From an uncultured bacterium (lineage in GTDB: Bacteria; Hinthialibacterota; Hinthialibacteria; Hinthialibacterales; JAKPRU01): DNA of 64,000 bases. Positions 10,288 to 20,633 of the stretch are shown here, piece by piece; within the stretch, counting starts at the first letter, position 1; every line of letters begins with the position of its first letter. The notes beneath the pieces are model-generated. The model was not told where the DNA came from, searched no databases, and saw only the letters and a list, made by a program, of their open reading frames with translations. The translations under genes and the position numbers were made by a program. The stretch is taken from assembly GCA_964612675.1 (NCBI GenBank), contig CAZTDD010000010.1, positions 12,187 through 76,186 on the forward strand, read 5' to 3'.

Positions 10288-11994
10288 GTGGACGACCAAT
10301 GGAACCTGCCTATCCTCCTGCTTATTCTGGCCTGTTTGGTGACCTATGCCAACGGGCTCCACGGGGATTTCGTCTATGATGATGTGAGCGTTACGGTTGT
10401 CCAGAATCCGTTCCTGGAAGGTCTTGTCGGTTGGCGCGATGTACTCACTTGGGATCGTCCGATCCGTGAGTTTACCTATTACTTCGATCATCTGGTATGG
10501 GGTGAACGTCCGTTCGGCTACCATCTGCAGAATCTTGTGTGGCACACCCTGAATGTCGTGCTGCTATGGAAAATTCTGGCAAAGATTGGCATGGCCCAGT
10601 GGCCCAGCTGTCTCTGTGCGTTGCTATTCGCGATTCACCCTGTGAATACCGAGGCGGTTACCTGGATCTCCGGTCGAAAGGAATTGCTGTGCCTTTTTTT
10701 CGAGTTGCTAACGATCTGGTTTTTCTTGCGGTTTCTTCGTTCGGGCTCGTGGCCACATGCATACGCTGTCGGTGTTCTCCTTTCTCTGTGTCTCGCTCTG
10801 TTTTCGAAACAGGTGGCGGTGGTTCTGCCCATACTTCTGTTCGCGACAGCCTGGACACAGGGCGAGGAATTCACTGCGGGCAAGTCCCGGGTGGTTGTAT
10901 TAATCACGTTGGTCGCGATGGTGACCGCGGTTCTCGCTTTAACTGCGCTTCGGGGTGCGGAGGTGGCCAGAGAGGCGCTCGAACGTGGAACGTATTACGA
11001 CCCCGCCGCCCGTGGCATGGAACTTCAACATCCTGTTCTGACAGGCCTCGCTGTGTGGGCGCTGGCGATCCGGCTTTTCATTGTCCCGTATCCACTGGTT
11101 GTCGAGCGGACCGTCGAGCCGGTTCTCTCTTGGGGCGATCCGCGATGGATGATTGGAGCGTTGCTGGTCCTTTTGTGGTTTGCGTTGCTCTGGAGGTACC
11201 GCAATCGGTCCAACCCAGGACTTGGCATCGCATGGCTCGGCGTTACGTGGCTGCCGACTTCCGGCATCCTTCCGGCAACCTATTTGCTTTCGGATCGATA
11301 TCTATACATTCCGTGCGTCGGCTTTTGTTGGGTTCTCGGCTACGCGCTCTACTTCCTTCTTCGCCACCACTCGTACCTTCTGCGGCGGATCGGGATAGCG
11401 GTCGCTACGGTGGCTGTAGTGAGTTACACGTGGTTGGCGGTCGACCGCAATCGGGATTGGTCCAGCGAGCTCTCTCTCTGGGGATCGGCGGTCCAACACG
11501 AACCTGCGAATCCGAAGGTCCATTTTAATCTCGGCAATGCCTATATGGACGAAGGCAAATTCGCCTTGGCGGAAGACGAGTGGAATACAACGCTCGAGTT
11601 AGAGGCGAACTATCCTCAGGCCCATGTCAATCTCGGCGCTCTTTATCAGAAACGAGGGGATCTCCATGCAGCGGAATCGCATTATCAGGCCGCGTTGGAC
11701 GCGGAACCGGATTACGGTGTCGCACAATTCAACTTGGCCACGCTGTATGAAGAATTCGGCAAGCGGGAAGAAGCGATTCAGTTGCTCAAAGAGGCAGCGA
11801 AGAATATCGGCGGGAAGCGGGATACGCCGCAGAAAAAGGCTCGAGTATTGCGGGAACTTGCGAGGGTACTATTTGACGCGGGTCAGGTGAAACAAGCCCG
11901 TGAGGCTGCCGAGAGATCGCTGTACCACGCCCCTGAGGATCCGGTTACGCGCAGACTGTACTCCGCCATCCGTGCCGCAGAGAAAGAGTCGTGA
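10288..11994 (+). CDS. TMTC-like GT-C glycosyltransferase with C-terminal TPR repeats
   Basis: DFVYDD, RP, YHLQNLVWH, LFAIHPVNTEAVTWISGRKELL, SKQ, DRYLYIP, RNRDW motifs then TPRs; start (GTG 10288) uncertain. Confidence 0.85.
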   Translation: MDDQWNLPILLLILACLVTYANGLHGDFVYDDVSVTVVQNPFLEGLVGWRDVLTWDRPIREFTYYFDHLVWGERPFGYHLQNLVWHTLNVVLLWKILAKIGMAQWPSCLCALLFAIHPVNTEAVTWISGRKELLCLFFELLTIWFFLRFLRSGSWPHAYAVGVLLSLCLALFSKQVAVVLPILLFATAWTQGEEFTAGKSRVVVLITLVAMVTAVLALTALRGAEVAREALERGTYYDPAARGMELQHPVLTGLAVWALAIRLFIVPYPLVVERTVEPVLSWGDPRWMIGALLVLLWFALLWRYRNRSNPGLGIAWLGVTWLPTSGILPATYLLSDRYLYIPCVGFCWVLGYALYFLLRHHSYLLRRIGIAVATVAVVSYTWLAVDRNRDWSSELSLWGSAVQHEPANPKVHFNLGNAYMDEGKFALAEDEWNTTLELEANYPQAHVNLGALYQKRGDLHAAESHYQAALDAEPDYGVAQFNLATLYEEFGKREEAIQLLKEAAKNIGGKRDTPQKKARVLRELARVLFDAGQVKQAREAAERSLYHAPEDPVTRRLYSAIRAAEKES

Positions 11995-12003
11995 ACTCCG
12001 TTT

Positions 12004-12624
12004 CTATGCGGTACGGCTTCGCTGGTTCTTGACAAGTTCGAGAAATTCGTTTCGTGTGCTTGGATTATCGCGGAAGGATCCGAGCATAGAACTCGTCACG
12101 GTCAGACTTTTCGGTTTCTGGACTCCTCGCATACTGATACACATGTGCTGGCATTCCATGAGGACGGCGACTCCGCGCGGGTTCAACGTCTCATCCAGAC
12201 ATTCGGCGATTTGGTTCGTGAGCCGCTCTTGAAGTTGGAGACGTCTCGAAAAGATCTCTACGATCCGAGGAATTTTCGATAGGCCGATCAGTTTTCCGTT
12301 GGGAATGTACCCAACGTGGCAGACGCCTACAAACGGCAACAGGTGATGTTCGCACATACTGAACAAATCGATATCGGCGACAACCACCATCTCGTCGCAA
12401 CGCTCGTGGAAGATCGCACCGTTGACGACTTTATCCAGTTCCTGACGATACCCTTGGGTTAGGAACTCCCATGCTTTCGCAACCCGCAGCGGGGTCCGCA
12501 GAAGTCCTTCCCGACCGGGGTCTTCACCGAGACGAGCAATCATCTCCGCGACAAGGTCCTCGAAAGTCGCGTCCGAAAGGTCGGGACGGGGCTGCCGCGC
12601 GGCGAGTTGGGTTACTTCCTTCAT
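12004..12624 (-). CDS. folE: GTP cyclohydrolase I
   Basis: [47 protein letters not shown]. Confidence 0.97.
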   Translation of the reverse strand: MKEVTQLAARQPRPDLSDATFEDLVAEMIARLGEDPGREGLLRTPLRVAKAWEFLTQGYRQELDKVVNGAIFHERCDEMVVVADIDLFSMCEHHLLPFVGVCHVGYIPNGKLIGLSKIPRIVEIFSRRLQLQERLTNQIAECLDETLNPRGVAVLMECQHMCISMRGVQKPKSLTVTSSMLGSFRDNPSTRNEFLELVKNQRSRTA

Positions 12625-12660
12625 TGTGCTGTGCTCCTGTCGAGTTGCGGTTCCAATTCA

Positions 12661-13071
12661 TCAGGTTCCATCATAGACCGCATAGTTATTTTCCGATTCC
12701 GACAGCCGGATGCTATGGAGCTTCCCGTCGGGAAGCGCTTTGTCCAGTCGCTCCCAAATCTTGAGCGTCAGGTTTTCCAGCGTTGGAATAACACCCTCCA
12801 GCCAAGGGACATCCAAGTTCAGGTGTTTGTGATCGAGTTGTTCGATAATTTCTTTGGTCACGATTTCTGAAAGCTGCGTAAAATTGATCACCATCCCAGT
12901 TTCCGGGTCCGGCACCCCATGAACGGTCACTTCGAGAACATAATTGTGACCGTGTCCGTTTGGATTTGCGCACGGACCGAAAATCTCCCAATTCTTCTCA
13001 TCGCTGAACGCCCGGTTGTAAAGGCGATGCGCGGCGCAAAAACGAGCTCTCTTCGTGATCTGAACTGGCAT
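12661..13071 (-). CDS. queD: 6-carboxytetrahydropterin synthase / PTPS family
   Basis: FCAAHRL, CANPNGHGHNY, GMVINF, LDHKHLN, PTLEN, LSE; adjacent to folE. Confidence 0.88.
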   Translation of the reverse strand: MPVQITKRARFCAAHRLYNRAFSDEKNWEIFGPCANPNGHGHNYVLEVTVHGVPDPETGMVINFTQLSEIVTKEIIEQLDHKHLNLDVPWLEGVIPTLENLTLKIWERLDKALPDGKLHSIRLSESENNYAVYDGT

Positions 13072-13595
13072 GTTTGTCCCTCGCTTCTCCGGTATTCCAA
13101 AAGAGCACCAAATGAACGATTCCGACAAAAGCTCGACTCAACTGCAGGGAAATTCCGGAGTGGGCGGGCTCTGAAACATTACTGATATAATCACCTTTAT
13201 GGTAACCAGAGATGGAATAAAGTCAAGGAATGAGGGGAAGGGCTGAAAGGGCGACAAAGAAGGAATGACGAATCGCGTCGACCACGCGAAATCGTCCGTG
13301 CAAACGAATCGGGGATGAGAAACCGACATCCTTTTCGTTGCCAGGAATTTTCTGCCTTGTCTGTCGGATGCCTCCGATCTTTCTTCCTACCGAGACGACC
13401 CGAGATTCCGGTACCGCCGACCGATATCGACGTAGCTCCACTTGGTACACAGATCCTTCAGGCCGAGGAGTTGCTCGATGTGAGACTATAAGTTCTTGTA
13501 ATTCAGTGGCTTATGCGAAGGGTGTCTCTATAGAGGATGTTCCGGTCCGTTCTTTGGATTTTTTTATTCGATACTTCTTCTCGGGTCCAAAAAAC

Positions 13596-13610
13596 TGGCA
13601 CCCGGCTTGC
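13596..13610 (+). promoter_or_regulatory. Sigma54 (-24/-12) promoter
   Basis: TGGCAC-ccggc-TTGC exact consensus spacing, about 50 nt upstream of ATG 13663. Confidence 0.7.
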
Positions 13611-13662
13611 GATCCTTGTTGGGCGAACAGCAAGGCTAGAGTGGTAAGGAGTCATTCGAGCA

Positions 13663-13917
13663 ATGGAAGGCATTAGAGATCACAGCCTGTTTCGGCCCAC
13701 ACCGCTTTCTCATCTCCAATCCAATCTGGCCGGGTTTTATTCGAAGACCTCCCAGCTGGTCAAAGAGAAATTTGAGGACATGGTAAGTCTTCGTTCATCT
13801 GGAATGGAATCGTCAGGAGAAAGCCACCCCGCCCCGCGAGCGCGGGAGACCGAGAACGCCGAAGCGCGTCTCGTTCGTGCTCCGGGAATGGGGCGCTTAG
13901 TTGACATTTACGCGTGA
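13663..13917 (+). CDS. Small hypothetical protein with YjfB-like C-terminal G-x-x-(L/V)-D-x-Y-A motif
   Basis: AAGGAG RBS, sigma54 promoter, ends GMGRLVDIYA. Confidence 0.6.
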   Translation: MEGIRDHSLFRPTPLSHLQSNLAGFYSKTSQLVKEKFEDMVSLRSSGMESSGESHPAPRARETENAEARLVRAPGMGRLVDIYA

Positions 13918-14137
13918 CAGTGGCGCTTCGAGTAGGGGCGCTATTATTTCTTCTTCCTCCAAGGCCGCAGTTGACTCCGAGCTGCGGCCGTCTCCTTTTA
14001 AGGTACTTTGCGCGTATCAAACGGGCGGTATCGCACTACCCCGGTTTGATCGCTACGAGTGAGCAGCGGGGGGATAGGCTTTCAGTCTTTATTCCGTACC
14101 ATTAAACCATCTTCCAGAGATCGATAGAATAAGAGAG

Positions 14138-14935
14138 ATGAGACACACCATGCGGTACCTCAACGTTGCGTTTCTCGGTTTTGTTCTTCTGTGTTCCACG
14201 AATGCGTTCGCGAAGACCCCTGTTCAGCTTTTGGAGGACGCGGCGGAGAGATGGGAACACATCGGGGATTACACCGCCTATTTTCAGCAGACCAACATCC
14301 GCAATGAGGAAGAGAAAATCTTCCTTGGCAAGTTGCTTCTTTGCCGTTCCGATCGGGCGCCGGGGGGTGCGTACCTTCGCCTGGATTATTTCGGAACGAG
14401 CACCGATCCCGCTGGGCGACAAGAGGGCGCCCAGGTAATAGAAACCGAACAGCTTCGCGATCAGTACTTCTCCGACGGCGAGACTCTCTGGCATTACAGC
14501 CCGAAAGACAACCGCCTGACGATTGAACACCTCGATGCGGAAGGACCGTTTCCCGAGATTCTACTGATGGCTGGGTTCCTCGAAGTGGATGTCGATGAAT
14601 TCCGGGAAGGGCACACGTTCCGACCGCTCGAAACAGAGATGATCCGTGGGCGGCCGACTTACCGCCTCACCATCGAGCCGCGTGGAGACCGGGTAGGGAC
14701 CGAACCGCTCCGGCACATTTGGCTCGATCAGGAAACCCTGCTGCCCGCACGTGTTATCACCGAGGGCGACATCACACTGATCATCGATCTATCCCGCCAG
14801 AAGACAGATCAGGAACTTGATGTCGCATCGATGATGCCCATGGTTCCCGAGACGGTGGATGTGCTTGATGTCCGAAACAGGACGGCGGTTCGCGACAGGC
14901 CGGCCGATTCTCAGTCGCCGGCGGAAGACCCCTGA
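14138..14935 (+). CDS. LolA-like outer-membrane lipoprotein carrier protein
   Basis: Signal peptide; DYTAYFQQT, LRLDY, FSDGETLWHYSP, IWLD..TLLP.R motifs. Confidence 0.7.
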   Translation: MRHTMRYLNVAFLGFVLLCSTNAFAKTPVQLLEDAAERWEHIGDYTAYFQQTNIRNEEEKIFLGKLLLCRSDRAPGGAYLRLDYFGTSTDPAGRQEGAQVIETEQLRDQYFSDGETLWHYSPKDNRLTIEHLDAEGPFPEILLMAGFLEVDVDEFREGHTFRPLETEMIRGRPTYRLTIEPRGDRVGTEPLRHIWLDQETLLPARVITEGDITLIIDLSRQKTDQELDVASMMPMVPETVDVLDVRNRTAVRDRPADSQSPAEDP

Positions 14936-16344
14936 TAGGTGCGTTCGTAGCGGGTGCGTATATCGCGATAGTTGATATCGGTCGAATAGACGAATCCGTA
15001 GGCTTCCCGCGCTTCCTTGGCTTTCCCCTGTTTTTCCAAACAGTCTCCCAGGTAATAATACGCTTCTTTCAGCTCATCGCTGGGGACACGACTGTATCCG
15101 CGGTTCTTGAAATACTGAATAGCTTTCTGATACTGCTCGGTGGCGATATCCAGCTGATTGCGTTCGCGGAAACATCCTCCCAGAATCAACAAAGCCTGAC
15201 CCGCCATCGGGGGCTCGTGGAGCAATCTCTGTAACACGGAGATGGCGTCATCATACTGTTGATCTCCGGCCAGCAGTCTCCCCAATTCGAGACGTTTGGG
15301 ATGATCTTCGGGATGGGCCTGTATGTGTTGTTTGAGGATCGAGATTCTGTGGTCGTCTCTCTCCTGTAAAGCCTGAGGCAACTCCCTGTTGAGCGAATCA
15401 TCCGCCGGATTCTCTTTGATCCGTTGTTCGAGGAGATTGACGCGGCAATCGAGATACGCCTGTCGGATTTCCGGGTCTTCGGGGCGTTCGTCAAGCAACT
15501 CCTCAAAAAGATTTGTGGCGAGAAGATAATCTTCCTCGGCGCGCCAAAGCCGCGCCTGCTCGAGCTTCACGTTGAAATCATCGGGATTCTTATCGATGAT
15601 GGGGGCCAACCGCCGGTTTGCCTCATCGAATGCTTTTCCCTCACGTAGATGCTGGATCACCCGCAGAGCCGCGCCGATATCGTTCGGGTTTTTCTGAGCG
15701 TGCGCCTCCAGGTCTTCCAACCTTCGCACAAATTCGGGCGTGCCGGGCATCTCGCGGAGTCTCTTTTCCATTTGCGCCCGTTCTTCGGTGAGTTTTTCCG
15801 GGATGCCGGTTTGGGCATACTTACGGGCGAGCAGGTCCCGCATCCGGTGGTTGATTTCATCATCGTCCGGCAGTTTCAGGGACAGACGCTTGAAATACTC
15901 GACAGATTCTTCGAGGTGGTCTTCCTGAGCGGCCAATTCGGCGGCGCGCCGCAACGAAGGAATATGTTCGGGCCGCAATGCCAGTGCGGATCGGTAGGCT
16001 TCTAGAGCCTCGGAACGACGTCCCAGCTTGTCACAACATTTTGCATACGCGAAAACAGCAGAGAATCGCCCCGGGTTGCTCCGGTGGAGGAGGTCCAGCG
16101 GCCCGACGGCCCGGTCGTACCATCCAAAGGCCATCAAAAGACGACACCAGGCCTCTACTGCGGCTTGGACAGGACGGCTCCACCCTTTACGGACCCGGGC
16201 TACCTGAACCTCTTTGAGTCCGCTGATCGCTTCCGGGTGATTGGGCGCACTTTGGAGGACCAAGTTGAAATACTGCTCAGCCAGGTCGAATTCACCTTCG
16301 CGGATCGCACTACGCGCCCGTTCAATATAGTCCTGAGGATCCAT
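14911..16344 (-). CDS. Tetratricopeptide repeat protein
   Basis: Multiple TPR motifs; C-terminal YSTDINYRDIRTR; 25-nt 3' overlap with the LolA-like gene. Confidence 0.85.
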   Translation of the reverse strand: MDPQDYIERARSAIREGEFDLAEQYFNLVLQSAPNHPEAISGLKEVQVARVRKGWSRPVQAAVEAWCRLLMAFGWYDRAVGPLDLLHRSNPGRFSAVFAYAKCCDKLGRRSEALEAYRSALALRPEHIPSLRRAAELAAQEDHLEESVEYFKRLSLKLPDDDEINHRMRDLLARKYAQTGIPEKLTEERAQMEKRLREMPGTPEFVRRLEDLEAHAQKNPNDIGAALRVIQHLREGKAFDEANRRLAPIIDKNPDDFNVKLEQARLWRAEEDYLLATNLFEELLDERPEDPEIRQAYLDCRVNLLEQRIKENPADDSLNRELPQALQERDDHRISILKQHIQAHPEDHPKRLELGRLLAGDQQYDDAISVLQRLLHEPPMAGQALLILGGCFRERNQLDIATEQYQKAIQYFKNRGYSRVPSDELKEAYYYLGDCLEKQGKAKEAREAYGFVYSTDINYRDIRTRYERTYQGSSAGD

Positions 16345-16390
16345 GGAATGTCGGTCGTAACCGCTCTCATAGAATGTTCACAACATTCGT

Positions 16391-16419
16391 ACAGTAAGTA
16401 ACTTAGGGGCAACTGTCAA
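16391..16419 (-). promoter_or_regulatory. Sigma70-type promoter for TPR gene
   Basis: Minus strand TTGACA-17 nt-TACTGT. Confidence 0.5.
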
Positions 16420-16846
16420 GATAATTCGCTGACCACGTATCCGTATGCCCTTCCTCCGCTTGGAGCTGGTCTCCCCCTGTACGACTCAATCACATCGGGA
16501 AGACCCAATTACCGCTCTCCATAGGTAGAGAACTTAACCCGGTGATTTGGAGCAAGTTGAGCGACCTGCACGAGCCGAAAACACAGGATCAGTAGCGTGG
16601 TTTCAGTCGACACAAACCGTCTGGCAAACCTGACTTTGCAGAAGCTCGAAAATAAGGGGTGGAAATACACGCCAATTTATTGTAGACTGTGCATATTCTC
16701 AGTTCAGAAGCGGGTAAGACTCGCTGAATGATCACACGCGGACTGGAGTTTCACCGATTCTGATGTGCATGACTTTTTTGTAAGATAGATTGACATATGG
16801 AAACATTTCGATGTATGTTGTAATAAGATTTACATAAACTATCGTC

Positions 16847-17938
16847 GTGCTCAGAATCGGATGGCTCGACATGCTGAATTTACATGTGGTAGAAGCGGAA
16901 GTTGAGTTGGATTTTCTGTTCCTGCCAACACAGAAGATCGCAACCTCGTGGGTGGGTCCGGCAAAACGTGAAGGATTTCTCGCCCTGGACCCCGGATTCT
17001 TGAGCGTAGATACGGTCTGCGAATTTCCGATCTATGTCTACAACTCTTCCCGAGACCGATTTGTCCTGCTGAAAGGCGCCGAGCTTCCTATCACTGAACG
17101 TCATCTGCAGCAGATCCGCAGTTCCGAACGCGGACCGGTATTTGTGCCGCGCGATTACGCAAGAGTCTTGACCTCGTATGCGGCAAATAACCTGAAGCTT
17201 CTTGCTGGGAACACGTCGGTTAGCGCTTCCACACGCAGTCGCCAGGTATATTCGATTTGCAAGACCCTCTTCGCGAGTGCATTCTCCGATAGTTGCAATA
17301 ACGAAGAGCTGGAAGAAATCTGCCAGCGGGTGACGGAATCGATTATCACTCTGCTCGACACGGGTGGAGAGGTGCTTCGACATGTAATTCTGGCTCAAGA
17401 TCACGATCCCGCCGTTTATGTTCACAGTCTTAATGTGTGTGTTCTTGGGACGGCGCTCTGCGATTATCTGGATCTGGGATGCGACGAAGAAAGGCGGCTC
17501 CAGATCGCCCGAGGCTTCCTGCTTCACGATATCGGGAAGAGCGACATTTCGCCCGAGATCTGGACCAAGCCCGGTAAACTAACCCCGAAAGAATATGAAC
17601 ATGTCAAACGGCATCCCGTTCATGGATACAATCGATTGAGGCAGATCGAGGGCGTTACGGAATGTGTCGGGCGGATTGTATTAGAACACCACGAACTCTG
17701 CGACGGGACAGGCTATCCGCGTGGATTGTCCAGAGAAAAGATCTCCGACGAGGCTCAGGTATGCACCATTGTCGAGACATTCGAAGATCTGACCTCTCAA
17801 CGCCCTTACCATACCCCTTTACCGGTGTTCGAGGCCCTCAAACTGATGCAAGTTGAAGGTCAGGGAAAACTGAATACGGATATCTTCCGAGGCTTTATCC
17901 ATTTTTTCCGCAGCTTATCCGACTCTCCCCGTTACTGA
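16847..17938 (+). CDS. HD-GYP domain protein (c-di-GMP phosphodiesterase family)
   Basis: YVHSLNV, LLHDIGK, KPGKLT, HP..GY, HHELCDGTGYP, RPY motifs; start uncertain. Confidence 0.88.
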   Translation: MLRIGWLDMLNLHVVEAEVELDFLFLPTQKIATSWVGPAKREGFLALDPGFLSVDTVCEFPIYVYNSSRDRFVLLKGAELPITERHLQQIRSSERGPVFVPRDYARVLTSYAANNLKLLAGNTSVSASTRSRQVYSICKTLFASAFSDSCNNEELEEICQRVTESIITLLDTGGEVLRHVILAQDHDPAVYVHSLNVCVLGTALCDYLDLGCDEERRLQIARGFLLHDIGKSDISPEIWTKPGKLTPKEYEHVKRHPVHGYNRLRQIEGVTECVGRIVLEHHELCDGTGYPRGLSREKISDEAQVCTIVETFEDLTSQRPYHTPLPVFEALKLMQVEGQGKLNTDIFRGFIHFFRSLSDSPRY

Positions 17939-18300
17939 CGGGGCCGCAAAAAGTCCAAGAATCGGCCCTCACCCTAACCGCTATCCCGGCGGGAGAGGGG
18001 AACTTCTAATGTCAGCGGACGACTTTTTGCGATGGCGTTACTGATTGACGGTGTCGCAAAAAGTTAACGGGATAAGAATAGAGAAGTCTTCAACCCCCTC
18101 TGTATCTCCCCCAATCTTTGGGGGAGAAAACCGCACAGATGCGTTTGTTCCTATTCCTCCCCCGAAGATCGGGGGAGGTTAGGAGGGGGTTGAGATCCGT
18201 ATCCCAAACTTTTTGCGATCCCATCACTGATCGACGGTGTCGCAAAAAGTCGGGAGAGTTCTTCTCCCTCTCCCTCTGGGAGAGGGCCGGGGTGAGGGGA
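17936..18300. mobile_element. Tandem array of MITE-like modules (A 17936-18040, B 18046-18226, partial C from 18232) each enclosing REP hairpins
   Basis: Termini TGACGGTGTCGCAAAAAGT / ACTTTTTGCGATxxxxTCA-like; internal CCCTCACCCTAACC..GGGAGAGGG and CCCCCTC..GGGGG hairpins; ctgat spacers. Confidence 0.75.
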
Positions 18301-18608
18301 CGTTGCATTATCCGCTGACGTTCCTTTGTGTGTGACGTACCCCTGTCATCATCCAAACCCTTTGCCACTGATTCCAGGAATTCCACTCCTGAACCAGTGA
18401 TTCCTCACAGGGGGCCGGCAACTCCTTTTATAAGGATTCCACAGGACTCCTGACCGATGCCGGGTTTGGAGTTATGATTTCGCACGTAGTCGTTCGGATG
18501 GACGCAATTGTGTTGTCAAATGAATGATTCCGCCTTTCTGTACGTATAGTATTGGTAGACAGGCGGTAGGACCAACGCCATCTGTAAAGTGTAGAGGGAT
18601 TTGTAGCA

Positions 18609-19574
18609 TTGACCGACCTCGACCTCATCATATCTCTTCAGGATCTCCATGTTCATCTTGGACGAAATCACGTTCTGAAAGGATTAACTGCGGAAGTTCA
18701 CCCCGGCGCGACGGGTCTCCTAGGCCCCAACGGCGCGGGCAAGAGTACGCTCATCCGGACGATTTTGGGATTTCTGAAACCCTCTTCGGGACAAGCGTTC
18801 ATTTTTGGAAAGAACTGTTCGTCGCAGGGGGCCGAAGCGCGTCAGCGCGTTGGGTATATGCCCGAGCACGAGGCGCTGATTCCAGGCCTGTCTGCGGTTG
18901 CGTTTGTGATGTATATGGGGCGGCTCTGCGGTATGCCGAAAGACGAAGCGATGCAGCGGGCGCACATGGCGCTCCAGTATGTCGGCCTGGGCGAAGCTCG
19001 CTATCGTCCTATCGAGAGTTATTCCACCGGGATGAAGCAACGCATCAAATTAGCCCAAGCCCTGGTTCACGATCCGGATCTATTGCTGTTGGATGAACCG
19101 GCGAGCGGCCTCGACCCGAAGGGGCGGCGGGAAATGCTGGAATTGATTCGAGACGTCGCTTTCGAAAAAGGCATTCATGTACTCCTGTCTTCGCACCTTC
19201 TGCCGGATGTCGAGTTTGCGTGTGACCGAGTCATTGTTCTCAATCACGGCGAAATTGCGACCTCGGGGAGTATCTCGGAGCTGAAGGCGCTACACCAACG
19301 TTTCTTCGAGATGCGAATCAAAGGGGATCCGAATCGTCTGGAAACCGTGTTGAACCAATCGGGATTGCGAACAGAACCGCTTCGAGATGGGAAACTGCGG
19401 GTCCTTCTAGGTCCCGATGAGGAACCGGCGATGTTGTTCAAAGCCGCGAAAGAGAGTGGAGTCCAAATCCGTCACCTGGCGAAACAGGAACTCACTCTGC
19501 AGGAGATATTTGAGAAGGCGATTAACGGAGATATAGGAAAATCGCAAGAGACTGGAACAGCGGAACGCAGATAA
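18609..19574 (+). CDS. ABC transporter ATP-binding protein
   Basis: GPNGAGKS Walker A, YSTGMKQR signature, LLLLDEP, SSH. Confidence 0.95.
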   Translation: MTDLDLIISLQDLHVHLGRNHVLKGLTAEVHPGATGLLGPNGAGKSTLIRTILGFLKPSSGQAFIFGKNCSSQGAEARQRVGYMPEHEALIPGLSAVAFVMYMGRLCGMPKDEAMQRAHMALQYVGLGEARYRPIESYSTGMKQRIKLAQALVHDPDLLLLDEPASGLDPKGRREMLELIRDVAFEKGIHVLLSSHLLPDVEFACDRVIVLNHGEIATSGSISELKALHQRFFEMRIKGDPNRLETVLNQSGLRTEPLRDGKLRVLLGPDEEPAMLFKAAKESGVQIRHLAKQELTLQEIFEKAINGDIGKSQETGTAERR

Positions 19575-19601
19575 TAGAACTGTCGAGTTTGCGGCAAACC
19601 A

Positions 19602-19639
19602 TCAACCCCCTCTGTATCTCCCCCAATCTTGGGGGAGAA
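19602..19639. repeat. Partial copy of the module-B REP hairpin
   Basis: tcaaccccctctgtatctcccccaatcttgggggagaa nearly identical to sequence at about 18090-18128. Confidence 0.75.
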
Positions 19640-19694
19640 TCCCTACCCGGGATCGCGCAGGGGTTGGATGGGGCCGATCCATCGGACGGGTATC

Positions 19695-20633
19695 ATGCCG
19701 ATTTACGATCAAAGTTATAAACGCTGGGACGGCCAGTATTATCCCCTCGGGACCCGGTGGCTCATCATCGCCGGGGAATCGCTCCGGCGAGTATTCAAGG
19801 GGAAAGGAATAAAGATCTGTCTGTTCATCGGGGCGATTCCATTTCTGATTTGGATGGCGCGGATCTATATTGCCGTCAATTTCGATACGCTAACCGCGGA
19901 TGGTTCGCTGTTTCAGGACTTTGGGCCGATACGGGAATCGCTGACGAATATCGATCTTGATTTCTATCATCATTTCTATGAAATAGAATTGAGCCTCGTC
20001 TTTTTTGTTGTGTTCATTGCGGGTGGCAGTCTTATCGCCGACGACCGACGAAGCAACGCGTTGCCGGTGTATTTATCCAAATCGATTACGCGCACCGATT
20101 ATGTATTGGGTAAAGCCATGGCCGTGGCATTCCCTGTTTCGTTGATCACTCTTGTTCCGGGAATTCTACTGTACTTCTTTCACGCTGTTTTCCGGGATAA
20201 GTGGTCGCTATTGGTTACGGACGCGCGGATACTATTCGCTATTGTTCTGTTCTCGCTGCTTGTGATCGTGTCGAGTACTCTGCTGATCCTGGCGATTTCT
20301 TCGTTGACGAAACAGGGCCGCTACGCCGCGTTTGGATTTATCGCCGTGGTTGTCGGCGGAACGATCTTAAGCAATATGCTGCGTTCGGCCTTAAACCACA
20401 CGCCGCTCGAGTCGACCTTGGGGTCCCCGAAGACTCGGCTTCTGTCGCTGTTCGACAGTTGGAGACGGCTGGGATTCGCTCTCTTTGACCAGGAAACATC
20501 CAGGATGACCGGGGGAGCGTATCGCTGGGAGGGATTCGATTGGCCGTGGGCTCTTCTGGGAATTTCGATTTTCGCGATCGTGTCGCTTTGGATTCTCAAC
20601 CGCCGGATTCGCGGAATGGATGTAATTCGATGA
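19695..20633 (+). CDS. ABC-2 type permease
   Basis: MPIYDQSY start; LIADDRRSNALPVYLSKSITRTDYVLGK motif; multiple TM helices. Confidence 0.88.
   Translation: MPIYDQSYKRWDGQYYPLGTRWLIIAGESLRRVFKGKGIKICLFIGAIPFLIWMARIYIAVNFDTLTADGSLFQDFGPIRESLTNIDLDFYHHFYEIELSLVFFVVFIAGGSLIADDRRSNALPVYLSKSITRTDYVLGKAMAVAFPVSLITLVPGILLYFFHAVFRDKWSLLVTDARILFAIVLFSLLVIVSSTLLILAISSLTKQGRYAAFGFIAVVVGGTILSNMLRSALNHTPLESTLGSPKTRLLSLFDSWRRLGFALFDQETSRMTGGAYRWEGFDWPWALLGISIFAIVSLWILNRRIRGMDVIR

Noticed and set aside
16615-16660. GGCAAACC upstream of the HD-GYP gene as a c-di-GMP-I riboswitch
   Set aside because: No GNRA-capped P2 or GACGCAAAG-type continuation
17936-18300. Repeat arrays as CRISPR
   Set aside because: Alternating inverted termini, long palindromic interiors, no regular unique spacers, no cas genes
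18090-18386. Short ORFs across the repeat arrays (also 35645-36101)
   Set aside because: Translations of palindromic repeats with no coding signature
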